The position numbers and the translations under genes were made by a program. Below the pieces are notes generated by a model, which saw only the letters and a list, made by a program, of their open reading frames with translations, was not told the origin of the DNA and did not search any database. Shown here piece by piece: positions 54,374 through 62,918 of a DNA stretch of 64,000 bases. Position 1 is the stretch's first letter. Every line of letters begins with the position of its first letter. This DNA is from Candidatus Kaiserbacteria bacterium (lineage in GTDB: Bacteria; Patescibacteriota; Minisyncoccia; Phycocordibacterales; UBA2100): contig JACPLD010000002.1 in the NCBI GenBank assembly GCA_016186765.1, forward strand, positions 35,272 through 99,271, in the 5' to 3' direction.

Positions 54374-55242
54374 GATTGTTTTTGCTTCTCGTATGTCGCG
54401 AGCGCGTCGAAGCTGCTGAAGAGCCGCAACTCCGTCTCGTTGTAGGTTCTCAAGAGTGCAGCTGATGCGAATGGGTCATCCGAATATTCGGTCAGGCGTT
54501 CGACGACAGCGGCGAATTCTGAAAGTGCGTTCAAAACCCCGATGTGCTCGGAGAGGGCGTCTTCCGGCACGACGATGTTCGCAGTGTTCTCGATCCCGGC
54601 GCGGTAATTTTTTGCGGCGCTCTTCAGCTGCTCGAGGTAGCGCGCATCGTGTGTCTCGATGTAGGTGGCAAAAAGCTCTAGCTCATATCCTGGGTTCTTG
54701 AGCAGAGGCTCGAGCGCGATCCGGAGGTCGTTGCGATAGGCGAGCATTCGCTCGTACGAGATGTCAGCGTCAGTCTTGATGTCTCTCCCATCGTATGCTT
54801 CGTACGAGACGCTCGCTTTCAATGAGCCGGCGATGTCTTTGGCGATTTTTTCGCCCTCCTCCGTCGTGTACGATCCGCTCTCTGCGAGCGTGGCGTACGA
54901 GCCAACCAAGGCACCGATCACATTTTCTGCGATGTGTGAAATGCCATCCTCGTCTTCTGGCGTTCCCGCGAGGGATAGGGCATCAGGAGAATCTCCCGTG
55001 AGCGGGACCTGCCAGTTGATGCTCCCATATGGCGTTCTCGCGATGTTCGATGTACTCACCCCTCCGTTTTTCGCGCTCACAAAACGTCCACCCTGCGAAA
55101 CGGTCTTGTATCCTTGTGCAAATGCGACGATCAGGAGTGCTGCGACCGCGAGAGCTGCGACTATCTTCATAGGCAAAGAGCGCTCGAGCTGAACGTGTCG
55201 AGTTTCCACGCTAAAAGTATACCTCCTATATGGGGAATTCAC
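54370..55242 (-). CDS. Membrane-anchored helical hypothetical protein; start uncertain (alternative 55170)
   Basis: TM segment, VVP....H...LN. Confidence 0.7.
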   Translation of the reverse strand: MNSPYRRYTFSVETRHVQLERSLPMKIVAALAVAALLIVAFAQGYKTVSQGGRFVSAKNGGVSTSNIARTPYGSINWQVPLTGDSPDALSLAGTPEDEDGISHIAENVIGALVGSYATLAESGSYTTEEGEKIAKDIAGSLKASVSYEAYDGRDIKTDADISYERMLAYRNDLRIALEPLLKNPGYELELFATYIETHDARYLEQLKSAAKNYRAGIENTANIVVPEDALSEHIGVLNALSEFAAVVERLTEYSDDPFASAALLRTYNETELRLFSSFDALATYEKQKQS

Positions 55243-55259
55243 GGGGATAACGCGTGGAT

Positions 55260-55330
55260 AGGGAGCAGGTTTAAGGGGAAAGGTTTCAGGTTTCTTAACC
55301 TAGCACCTTGCCCCTAACACCTATAACCCT
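55260..55330. repeat. Period-7 inverted-arm element, AGG/CCT type
   Basis: AGGGAGC AGGTTTA AGGGGAA AGGTTTC AGGTTTC TTAACCT AGCACCT TGCCCCT AACACCT. Confidence 0.8.
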
Positions 55331-56208
55331 ACTTGCGAGAATGTGAAGATGCTTCCGGCATCTTCGGGTGCAAACGAAACGCCGTATGCCGAAATGAGCG
55401 TTGCGAGCGAGACGTAATTCCTCACGTAGGCTTCTACCGCTGCGTTATATGCGAGCATGGCATTGAGTACCGCCTCGTCAGTATTTGCCTCTGGAACGGC
55501 AGAGAGTTTCGCGCCGAGCTCCCGGTAGCTTGCGGCCACCTTCTGGTGCGAGCTTACTATCTCAGAGGGTACTTCCATCTCGGCGAGTTGCTCTCCCACA
55601 TCCCCGAGCGCGCGCGCGAGTGAGAGGAGCACGGCATTTTTCTCAGGATCTTCTCTGTCTTCGAACTGGTCTTTGAGGATCTGCGGTGCGCTACGGTACA
55701 TGTCTTCGAACGACTGAATGTATAAGCCAGCCTCGTTGCCATAGTTGAAAAGCGCTTGCTGTGTGGGTGTCAGCTCCTCTCCCCTCGTCGACGTGCTTAT
55801 GAGGGTGAGCGGGATAAATGAGTACGCGTCGAGCGCGGGAGGAGCCGTGCTTCCATCACCCGCCGCGACACGTGGAGGAGCCGAGAGTAGTGCGACGAAT
55901 GCGTCGAAGTCGAAGTCGATCTCGCTTTGCGGTTGCGCGAGCGGAAGTTGTTCCGTTGCTGTCGTGTAGTAGAACGGAGGACCGCTCAGCACTTGCGTGT
56001 AGAGATTGTCTGCAGGGGTGGAGGGCAACTGCCTTACGCCGACGTTCGTCGGGTCGAAGAGGTTGCTCCCGACGCCGCCCCATGCGCGAATACCAGATGT
56101 CTGAGGGTTCACATCAGAGCGGTTTACGACGATAGTTCCGCCGATCACAAGTACAAGAATTGCACCCCCAAACGCGGCGATGTATGGGTGCGCGAAGAGC
56201 CAGGACAT
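55321..56208 (-). CDS. Membrane-anchored helical hypothetical protein
   Basis: N-terminal TM; YGNE.G, EVP....SH. Confidence 0.7.
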   Translation of the reverse strand: MSWLFAHPYIAAFGGAILVLVIGGTIVVNRSDVNPQTSGIRAWGGVGSNLFDPTNVGVRQLPSTPADNLYTQVLSGPPFYYTTATEQLPLAQPQSEIDFDFDAFVALLSAPPRVAAGDGSTAPPALDAYSFIPLTLISTSTRGEELTPTQQALFNYGNEAGLYIQSFEDMYRSAPQILKDQFEDREDPEKNAVLLSLARALGDVGEQLAEMEVPSEIVSSHQKVAASYRELGAKLSAVPEANTDEAVLNAMLAYNAAVEAYVRNYVSLATLISAYGVSFAPEDAGSIFTFSQVGL

Positions 56209-56294
56209 AGGGTATAGGGTACAGGTGTTAGGTTATAGGGGCAATGCAGAGAGGTGAGTTTCTCCTAGAACCTGAAACCTAGAACCTGATCCCT
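56209..56294. repeat. Period-7 inverted-arm element, AGG/CCT type
   Basis: AGGGTAT AGGGTAC AGGTGTT AGGTTAT AGGGGCA ... TTCTCCT AGAACCT GAAACCT AGAACCT GATCCCT. Confidence 0.85.
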
Positions 56295-56320
56295 GTGCAA
56301 AGAGTGATACAATTTTTCCC

Positions 56321-57274
56321 ATGACAGCGCGAGTTGTCTCAATTGCGACAATTGTCTTTGTCGTCAGTCTGTTGCCACTCTTTGCACACGCGTTTCCCTT
56401 TGGGGGCAGGGCCTCAATTGTCTTGCAGTGCGTATACAACTCCACGATCTACGTGAACCTCGGCCCGCCGCGCGGCGGCGAATTTATCTGGACGACGGGG
56501 ACGAAAACGTACCAGTTCGGTCCCCCGGCGCGCTCCGGCCAGTGGCTCTTGGGACTTGCCGGTGCTCCGTACTACTGTATCTACCGCATCTCTCCCCTCA
56601 CGATCTACACGGGCATCGCTATAACGATGATGGGTTCAAGCGGGCCCGGGGCTCCAGCAGCTCCGCCAACCCGCGGGCCGACTCCGCCCGCGCCCTCTCC
56701 GGCTCCGTCTCCCGCACCCTCGCCTGCTCCGGGTCCGACCCCGACCCCCACTCCGACTCCACCTCCGCCGCTCCCGTCCCCGAGCGCTTTGGGCAAAGTC
56801 GTGATAAGCGAGGTCTACGTGGCGGTCGATTCTGCTCACGGCACCAAGCCCTCGGGTGAATGGGTCGAGCTCTACAACGGTTCGGGCGCAATGATGGACG
56901 TGTCCGGATGGACATTGCGCGACGACTCAGCTACCTCGACGATCCCTTCGGGCACCACACTTGCTGCCGGCAGATTCCTCGTTATGTTTGCAAGTTCGGC
57001 TGCCAAGGCCTCTTGGAATGTTCCGACAGATGCCAAAACCGCTTCGCTCACAGGTATCATCGGCAACGGGCTCTCTTCCTCAGGCGACATCGTTACCTTG
57101 AGGAACGCTTCCGGAGCAACAATCGATGCTGTATCGTGGGGAACGAACACGAACGCTTTCAATCCGAGCGCTCCGGTCACGTCGACCGGCAACTCGCTCT
57201 CGCGTCTCAACCTCTCGCAGGATACCGATAGGGCGAGTGACTGGACTGTGCGGTCTCCCTCTCCGGGCAAGTAG
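56321..57274 (+). CDS. Secreted lamin-tail-domain protein with Pro linker
   Basis: Signal peptide; (PAPS)n/(PT)n linker; VVISEV, EWVELYN, DVSGWTL, PSPG. Confidence 0.85.
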   Translation: MTARVVSIATIVFVVSLLPLFAHAFPFGGRASIVLQCVYNSTIYVNLGPPRGGEFIWTTGTKTYQFGPPARSGQWLLGLAGAPYYCIYRISPLTIYTGIAITMMGSSGPGAPAAPPTRGPTPPAPSPAPSPAPSPAPGPTPTPTPTPPPPLPSPSALGKVVISEVYVAVDSAHGTKPSGEWVELYNGSGAMMDVSGWTLRDDSATSTIPSGTTLAAGRFLVMFASSAAKASWNVPTDAKTASLTGIIGNGLSSSGDIVTLRNASGATIDAVSWGTNTNAFNPSAPVTSTGNSLSRLNLSQDTDRASDWTVRSPSPGK

Positions 57275-57277
57275 TTT

Positions 57278-58084
57278 TCAGCTGCTAGCTGACAGCTGTT
57301 GCGTGAGACGTTTCCATTTCTCAAGCAGCACGTCTTCGGCGCGTGCGTCTTCGGGAATGCCGCAGTGCGCGAGTGCTTCAAGAGTTACAGACTTTGATAC
57401 GACCCTTGCAAGATTTCCCGAAAGAAGTTTGCGCTTTGATGCAAAGCCCATACGCACAACCTTGAAGAATGCGTCTTCATCGACATCCGAGAAAAAATCT
57501 CGCGAGACATTGTCGATAAGAAGAATGGCGGAATCCACTGATGGAGGCGGAGAAAAATTCCCGCGCGATACCGAAGCCACGACCTGCGGCGTGCCGTACG
57601 CTTTCACCGAAAGTGAGAGAACACTTTCCTTTCCGTCCCGCGTAACGATGCGCGCCGCGACCTCTTTTTGCACGAGAAGCGCGAGCGCGCGCGGCTGCGG
57701 ATCAGCTGTCAGGAACGACCGAATAATCTCCCCGGTGAGGTAGTACGGAATATTTGCGGCCAAGACGTACTTTTTTAGCTCTAATTTTTGCGGTGTGATA
57801 TTGCGGATGTCGTCAGCAACAAGCGTCAACTTTTTTTCGTCGATCTCTCGGGCAAACGTCGGCTTCAACTGTTTGATAAGTGTGTCGTCCTTCTCGACCG
57901 CAACAACGCGTGCCCCCGTTGCGAGTAATTCTTTCGTGAGCGCGCCCCTTCCCGGCCCGATCTCGAGTATGGTTTCATCTCCGCGAACACTGATCGACTT
58001 TACAAGCGCGCGAGCAGCCCACTGTCCCGTCAAAAAATGTTGTCCGAGGCGCGGGGCCCTTCTAGTGGATGGTTTCTTCCTCAT
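57278..58084 (-). CDS. rsmA: 16S rRNA dimethyladenosine transferase
   Basis: LGQHFL, LEIGPG.G.LT, ANIPYY, VQKEVA, F.PPP.VDS. Confidence 0.96.
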   Translation of the reverse strand: MRKKPSTRRAPRLGQHFLTGQWAARALVKSISVRGDETILEIGPGRGALTKELLATGARVVAVEKDDTLIKQLKPTFAREIDEKKLTLVADDIRNITPQKLELKKYVLAANIPYYLTGEIIRSFLTADPQPRALALLVQKEVAARIVTRDGKESVLSLSVKAYGTPQVVASVSRGNFSPPPSVDSAILLIDNVSRDFFSDVDEDAFFKVVRMGFASKRKLLSGNLARVVSKSVTLEALAHCGIPEDARAEDVLLEKWKRLTQQLSASS

Positions 58085-59954
58085 AGGTGCCGGCTCTATC
58101 GAGTGTTGCGTACTCCAAGAGTCGCGGATCGATGTCTTGGAGGAATTCTGAAGGGAGAGCTGTCTCGCGCGAGCCGTATTTCATGCGCGCGGAGGCGAAG
58201 GAGAGAAAGACGCGCTTGCGTGCGCGGGTGAGCGCGACGTAAAAAAGTCTCCGCTCCTCTTCCTCATCACGTCTCTCGTCTTCTCGCGTCGAAGGAAAGA
58301 GCTCCTGCTCAAGTCCCGTGATGAAGACCACATCGAATTCGAGGCCTTTGGATGCATGCGCAGTCATCAGCGATACCGCCTCGATGCTTTGGTCCACCTC
58401 GTCCTGCTCGCTCTGAAGTGCCGCCTCCTCGAGAAGTCGATCGATGCCGAGAGGCGGTGTTTCGAAATCAAATTTCACCGCAAGGTTCACGAGTTCGTGA
58501 ACGTTTTCCAGCCGCTCATTACCTCGTTCCGCTTCGTCTTTGAGGAGTTTTTCGAGGCCGCTTGCTTCGAGGGTAAAACGAACGGCCTCGGAGGTGGGCA
58601 AAGTTGTCGCGGCAGCGCCAATATCCCGCAGAACCTTCCGAAAATTCTCGACCTTCGCGCGCGCTCCGGCGGGAAAAGCGTGTTCTGCACCTGAAAATAG
58701 TTTCGCGAGTGTCGAGGGACCGATGCCTCGTGGAGGTACGGCGATGATGCGTGCGATATCGCTGCGGCTCTGCGGATTCAGCGCAGCGCGAAGGTACGAG
58801 AGTACATCTTTTACCTCCTTACGCTCAAAAAATCGTGTGCCGATAACTCGATACGGGAGACCTCGGTGCAGGAACGCTTCTTCAAGCGCGCGCGATTGGA
58901 AGTTTTCCCGGTACAAAACCGCGATCTTTGCAGGCGAAGTACCGGTCTCGATGAGCTCTGATGCATATTGGGCGACGAACCACGCTTCATCTGTCTCGTT
59001 GCGCGCGGGAAAGAGCAGGAGTGCCTCGCCCGTTTCGTTCTCGGTGAAGAGGGTTTTTGGCAGACGCTTCAGATTTTTTTCGATGACCAAGCCTGCTGCA
59101 GTAAGGATCGTGCGCGTCGAGCGGTAATTTTGCTCGAGCGTTACGACGCGTGTTCCGGGGAACGTTTTCTCAAAGGAGAGGAGGTATCCGATGTCAGCGC
59201 CGCGCCAGCTGTAGATGTTTTGGTCGATGTCGCCGACCACACAGATGTTGTTTCGCGGGGAGGCAAGCAGCGAGGCGATCTCATACTGCACACGGTTCGT
59301 GTCTTGGTACTCATCGATCGTAATGTGGACAAAACGCTCTCGAAGTCGCGCGAGTGTCTCGGGCGAGTCTCGCAGGAGGGAAAGCAATCGCACAAGGAGG
59401 TCGTCGAAGTCGAGCGCGCCTTCTTCCGAAAGTCGTTTTTCGTACTCCTCCCACGCTCGCGCGATGAGGCGCTCACGGAAATTCTTCGCCTCCGCTGCGT
59501 ATTCATTGGCGCGGATTGCATTGCCCTTCTCTCTCGAAAGGACGGCAAGTACGGCGCGCGACGGCATATCGCTACCGAGTGATTCGAGCACTTTCTTGAG
59601 GGTGCGGGTCGAATCGTCCCGATCCCAGATAGAGAAGCGCTCCGGTACCTTCGCCTCTCGGTGAAACTCCCGAAGCAGCCGTACGCCGAGCGAATGGAAG
59701 GTTGTCACGAGAGGTACTCCCCGAGCTTTCGGTACGAGAGAGAGCACCCGCTCCCGCATTTCTTGCGCAGCTTTGTTTGTGAACGTGAGGGCAAGAATCT
59801 CGCGGGCGGGTACACCACGCTGAAGGAGCCGACCGATACGGTGGGTGATGGTCTTCGTCTTCCCCGCCCCGGCACCGGCGATGATGAGAAGTGGTCCCTC
59901 AAAATGCTCCACGGCCTCTTTTTGCCTTTGGTTTAAGCCATTTTTGTCTTTCAC
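58062..59954 (-). CDS. pcrA: UvrD/PcrA ATP-dependent helicase
   Basis: AGAGAGKT, DEYQDTN, VGDIDQNIYSWRGA, KGLEF, EERRLFYVALTRA. Confidence 0.93.
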   Translation of the reverse strand: MKDKNGLNQRQKEAVEHFEGPLLIIAGAGAGKTKTITHRIGRLLQRGVPAREILALTFTNKAAQEMRERVLSLVPKARGVPLVTTFHSLGVRLLREFHREAKVPERFSIWDRDDSTRTLKKVLESLGSDMPSRAVLAVLSREKGNAIRANEYAAEAKNFRERLIARAWEEYEKRLSEEGALDFDDLLVRLLSLLRDSPETLARLRERFVHITIDEYQDTNRVQYEIASLLASPRNNICVVGDIDQNIYSWRGADIGYLLSFEKTFPGTRVVTLEQNYRSTRTILTAAGLVIEKNLKRLPKTLFTENETGEALLLFPARNETDEAWFVAQYASELIETGTSPAKIAVLYRENFQSRALEEAFLHRGLPYRVIGTRFFERKEVKDVLSYLRAALNPQSRSDIARIIAVPPRGIGPSTLAKLFSGAEHAFPAGARAKVENFRKVLRDIGAAATTLPTSEAVRFTLEASGLEKLLKDEAERGNERLENVHELVNLAVKFDFETPPLGIDRLLEEAALQSEQDEVDQSIEAVSLMTAHASKGLEFDVVFITGLEQELFPSTREDERRDEEEERRLFYVALTRARKRVFLSFASARMKYGSRETALPSEFLQDIDPRLLEYATLDRAGTYEEETIH

Positions 59955-60351
59955 TCGAGCACTATAACATGGCGATGCGCAGCTATTGACAAATCGGTTA
60001 TCCACTCGCGAAATGTAGTATGAATTGACGCTGAAGCCTCTTTAAAGGTACAGTGAACAGGACGGTGGCATGACCGTTCATTCTTTCTGGCCTATCTCTC
60101 GTAATGGTGAGGTATAAAGCCAAGATTTGCTGTTTTTGCTGCGCCACCTCAAGAAACTGGCTTATTGTCTAGCGAAGCGAGCGAAGAGCAAAAGCGTGCC
60201 TTTGCTGTTCCGAGCGAGCGACGATAAAAGCCAATGAAATTGGCTTATCGAAGGTTCTCATACTAACGCTCCGGCGGGTCGGGAACGCCCGTCTGCGAGC
60301 CGACATACATCGTGGAAAACCGCTCGATCGGCGCGTGTTTCCTTTGGGAAG

Positions 60352-61356
60352 ATGGTCTCTCTTATCTCCCTTGTGATGCTCGTCGGTACAGTTCTGCCCG
60401 CCTCCGCGCGGGCAGCTTTTTTGGGCGACCTTTTTGCCTCGCTCCGAGGGAGCATAGAGGCGCACGAGGGACGAAGCGGGAGGAATCTGCAAACGCTCGA
60501 GCTTGCGAAGCCCGCAATGAACGTGGATCCACAGAGCGGTCGCGGTGGTGGCGATATCGTCGTCGTCGACGGCTCGGCGCTCATGCCTGAAGAAGGGCCG
60601 TCGGGTACTATCGCTGATATCGAGAAACCCAAAAATTCTACGATCAGCATCTACGTCGTGCGCACGGGAGATACGCTCGGGAGAATAGCCGAGATGTTTG
60701 ATGTCTCGGTAAATACGATTCTTTGGGCAAACGACCTGCCCCGCGCCTCTCAAATCAAGGTCGGGCAAGTGCTAACGATCCTTCCGGTGACAGGCATCAA
60801 GTACACGGTCAAGAAGGGAGATACGCTTGCCTCTATAGCGAAGCGCTACGGCGGAGACGCGAACGAGATCGCAAGCTACAACGGCATCGAGGGGCCGCTT
60901 ACGGCGGGTCTTGAGATCATCATTCCCGACGGTGAGGTATCCGCACCTGCGCCGACGCCGAGACGCGCGACGCCCACGTATGGTACCTCTGCCGGCACAC
61001 CTTCTCAGGTCGGCTACTACCTCCGCCCCATAGCGGGTGGCATCCGCAGTCAGGGCATTCATGGTTACAATGGCGTCGACCTCGCCGCTCCACTGGGGAC
61101 CCCTGTCGTTGCTTCCGCGGAGGGTGACGTGATCGTCGCGAAGAGAACGGGATGGAACGGTGGGTATGGGCAGTACGTCGTGATACAGCACGCAAATGGC
61201 AGCCAGACGCTTTACTCACATAATTCGAGCGTCATCGTTTCGGTGGGACAGCACGTGCAGCAAGGACAGGTCATTGCCTACGTCGGGCAATCCGGCAAGG
61301 CCACAGGAGCGCACGTGCACTTTGAGATCCGCAATGGCATTCGCAATCCGTTCTAA
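60352..61356 (+). CDS. 2x LysM plus M23 peptidase
   Basis: YVVRTGDTL, YTVKKGDTL, HGYNGVD, TLYSH, HVHFE. Confidence 0.93.
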   Translation: MVSLISLVMLVGTVLPASARAAFLGDLFASLRGSIEAHEGRSGRNLQTLELAKPAMNVDPQSGRGGGDIVVVDGSALMPEEGPSGTIADIEKPKNSTISIYVVRTGDTLGRIAEMFDVSVNTILWANDLPRASQIKVGQVLTILPVTGIKYTVKKGDTLASIAKRYGGDANEIASYNGIEGPLTAGLEIIIPDGEVSAPAPTPRRATPTYGTSAGTPSQVGYYLRPIAGGIRSQGIHGYNGVDLAAPLGTPVVASAEGDVIVAKRTGWNGGYGQYVVIQHANGSQTLYSHNSSVIVSVGQHVQQGQVIAYVGQSGKATGAHVHFEIRNGIRNPF

Positions 61357-61467
61357 CGTATGTCGGGCAACTTACTACAGGCAATTGTGCTTTTGATACG
61401 GATGTTTGTTTGATCAGCTCGCTCCTCGCTTGCTGGGGGTTTGTTTTTTTGTTAGTTTGAGGTAGTT

Positions 61468-62502
61468 GTGCCGAAACTCACTGTCGACGTTATTGTCGAT
61501 CTCCAATACGGAGATTGCGGCAAAGGCAAAGTTGCCCACCATCTTTGTGAGAGCGGAACCTACACGCATGTGCTTCGCTACAACGGTGGGGCGAACGCCG
61601 GCCACACCATCTTTCATAGGGGGAAAAAATTCATCACCCACCAGATCCCAGCCGGTGTTTTTTTTGGCATCAGGAGCGTCGTTGGCAATGGTTGCGTCCT
61701 TGATCCGATCCAGTTCTTCAACGAGCTGAAGACGCTCAAGGAGGGTGGCGTCGATACAAAAGATAAGGTGTTTGTTGCGGAGAACACGCACATTATCACG
61801 GAGGCGCATCGCGATGAAGATCGCCGCGAGGGAGTGCGCATAGGTACCACCGGGCGCGGGAACGGTCCCGCGTATCGCGAGAAGTACGGTCGCACAGGAG
61901 TGCGCGCGGCTGATGTACCCGAGTTGAAGCCATATCTCGTCAATGTATATGACGAGTGGTATGGGCTCTTCGACAAAGCTCAGGGTAAACGGAAGAACGT
62001 GCGCATTCTTGCCGAGGGCGCGCAGGGCTTCGGCCTCGATATCGACTGGGGCGATTACCCGTACGTCACCTCGTCGCACTGTACGACGGCTGGCGTGCTT
62101 TTGAATGGGCTTCCGCCGCAGGCGGTGGGGAGCGTGTGGGGAGTTGCAAAGGTGTACGAAACGTACGTGGGGAGCAAAAAATTCCAACCTGATGGTGATG
62201 TGTTCAACAAGATTGCCGATGTGGGCGAGGAATTTGGCGCGACCACCGGCCGGCGGCGTCAGACGAACTGGATGAATATGCAAACGCTCGAGCGCGCGAT
62301 CCGCATCAATGGCGTTACGCACATTGTGCTCAATAAGGTCGACGTTTTGCGTGCGGTAAAGCAGTGGGCTCTGTACGATAAGGAGAGGAAAGTTGAGTTC
62401 AAGGGTGAAAAGGAAATGAAAGCCTTTATCACCGAGCGTCTCAACAAACTCGGCCTTTCCGAACACACTATTTTTTTCTCGGAGAGCAGGGAACGAATTT
62501 GA
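61468..62502 (+). CDS. purA: Adenylosuccinate synthetase, short form
   Basis: QYGDCGKGK, GGANAGHT, IGTTGRG.GP, EGAQG, YPYVTSS, GATTGR.R. Confidence 0.95.
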   Translation: MPKLTVDVIVDLQYGDCGKGKVAHHLCESGTYTHVLRYNGGANAGHTIFHRGKKFITHQIPAGVFFGIRSVVGNGCVLDPIQFFNELKTLKEGGVDTKDKVFVAENTHIITEAHRDEDRREGVRIGTTGRGNGPAYREKYGRTGVRAADVPELKPYLVNVYDEWYGLFDKAQGKRKNVRILAEGAQGFGLDIDWGDYPYVTSSHCTTAGVLLNGLPPQAVGSVWGVAKVYETYVGSKKFQPDGDVFNKIADVGEEFGATTGRRRQTNWMNMQTLERAIRINGVTHIVLNKVDVLRAVKQWALYDKERKVEFKGEKEMKAFITERLNKLGLSEHTIFFSESRERI

Positions 62503-62565
62503 ATGTTACGAGCTTATGCACACCACGCGGTTGCATTTATACAAAACATGTGGGATAGTCTTTCC

Positions 62566-62904
62566 ATGTCAAAGGAGAAATCATCGATGCGGAACGACCT
62601 TGCACGCGAGCGTACGGAATTAGCAAATCAGCGCACACTTCTCGCCTACGGCCGCACGTCGCTCGGGCTCTTTGCAGTGGCGATCTTCGTTTTTAGATTC
62701 GCGAGTACTGATACTGCTCGCATACTCGGGCCTCTTTCTCTGACGGCCGCTCTCTTTGTCATGTTGTGGGGTCTTTGGAGCTTCCGAAGTACGTCCGAGC
62801 GAGTTAATGGAAAGCCAAAAAGGAAGGGTGGCGTGTTCCGCTCACTCAGTATCTTGTCGCGCCTCATGCTCGCTCCTCGTAGACATACTGACGATATCGA
62901 TTGA
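62566..62904 (+). CDS. DUF202/YidH-like membrane protein
   Basis: LARERTELANQRTLLAYGRT plus 2 TM. Confidence 0.8.
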   Translation: MSKEKSSMRNDLARERTELANQRTLLAYGRTSLGLFAVAIFVFRFASTDTARILGPLSLTAALFVMLWGLWSFRSTSERVNGKPKRKGGVFRSLSILSRLMLAPRRHTDDID

Positions 62905-62918
62905 TCATTTTTTGGCTG

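Noticed and set aside
56640-56782. Tandem repeats in Pro-rich regions (also near 15600 and 22300)
   Set aside because: Codon-periodic and explained by Pro/Thr/Ala linkers.
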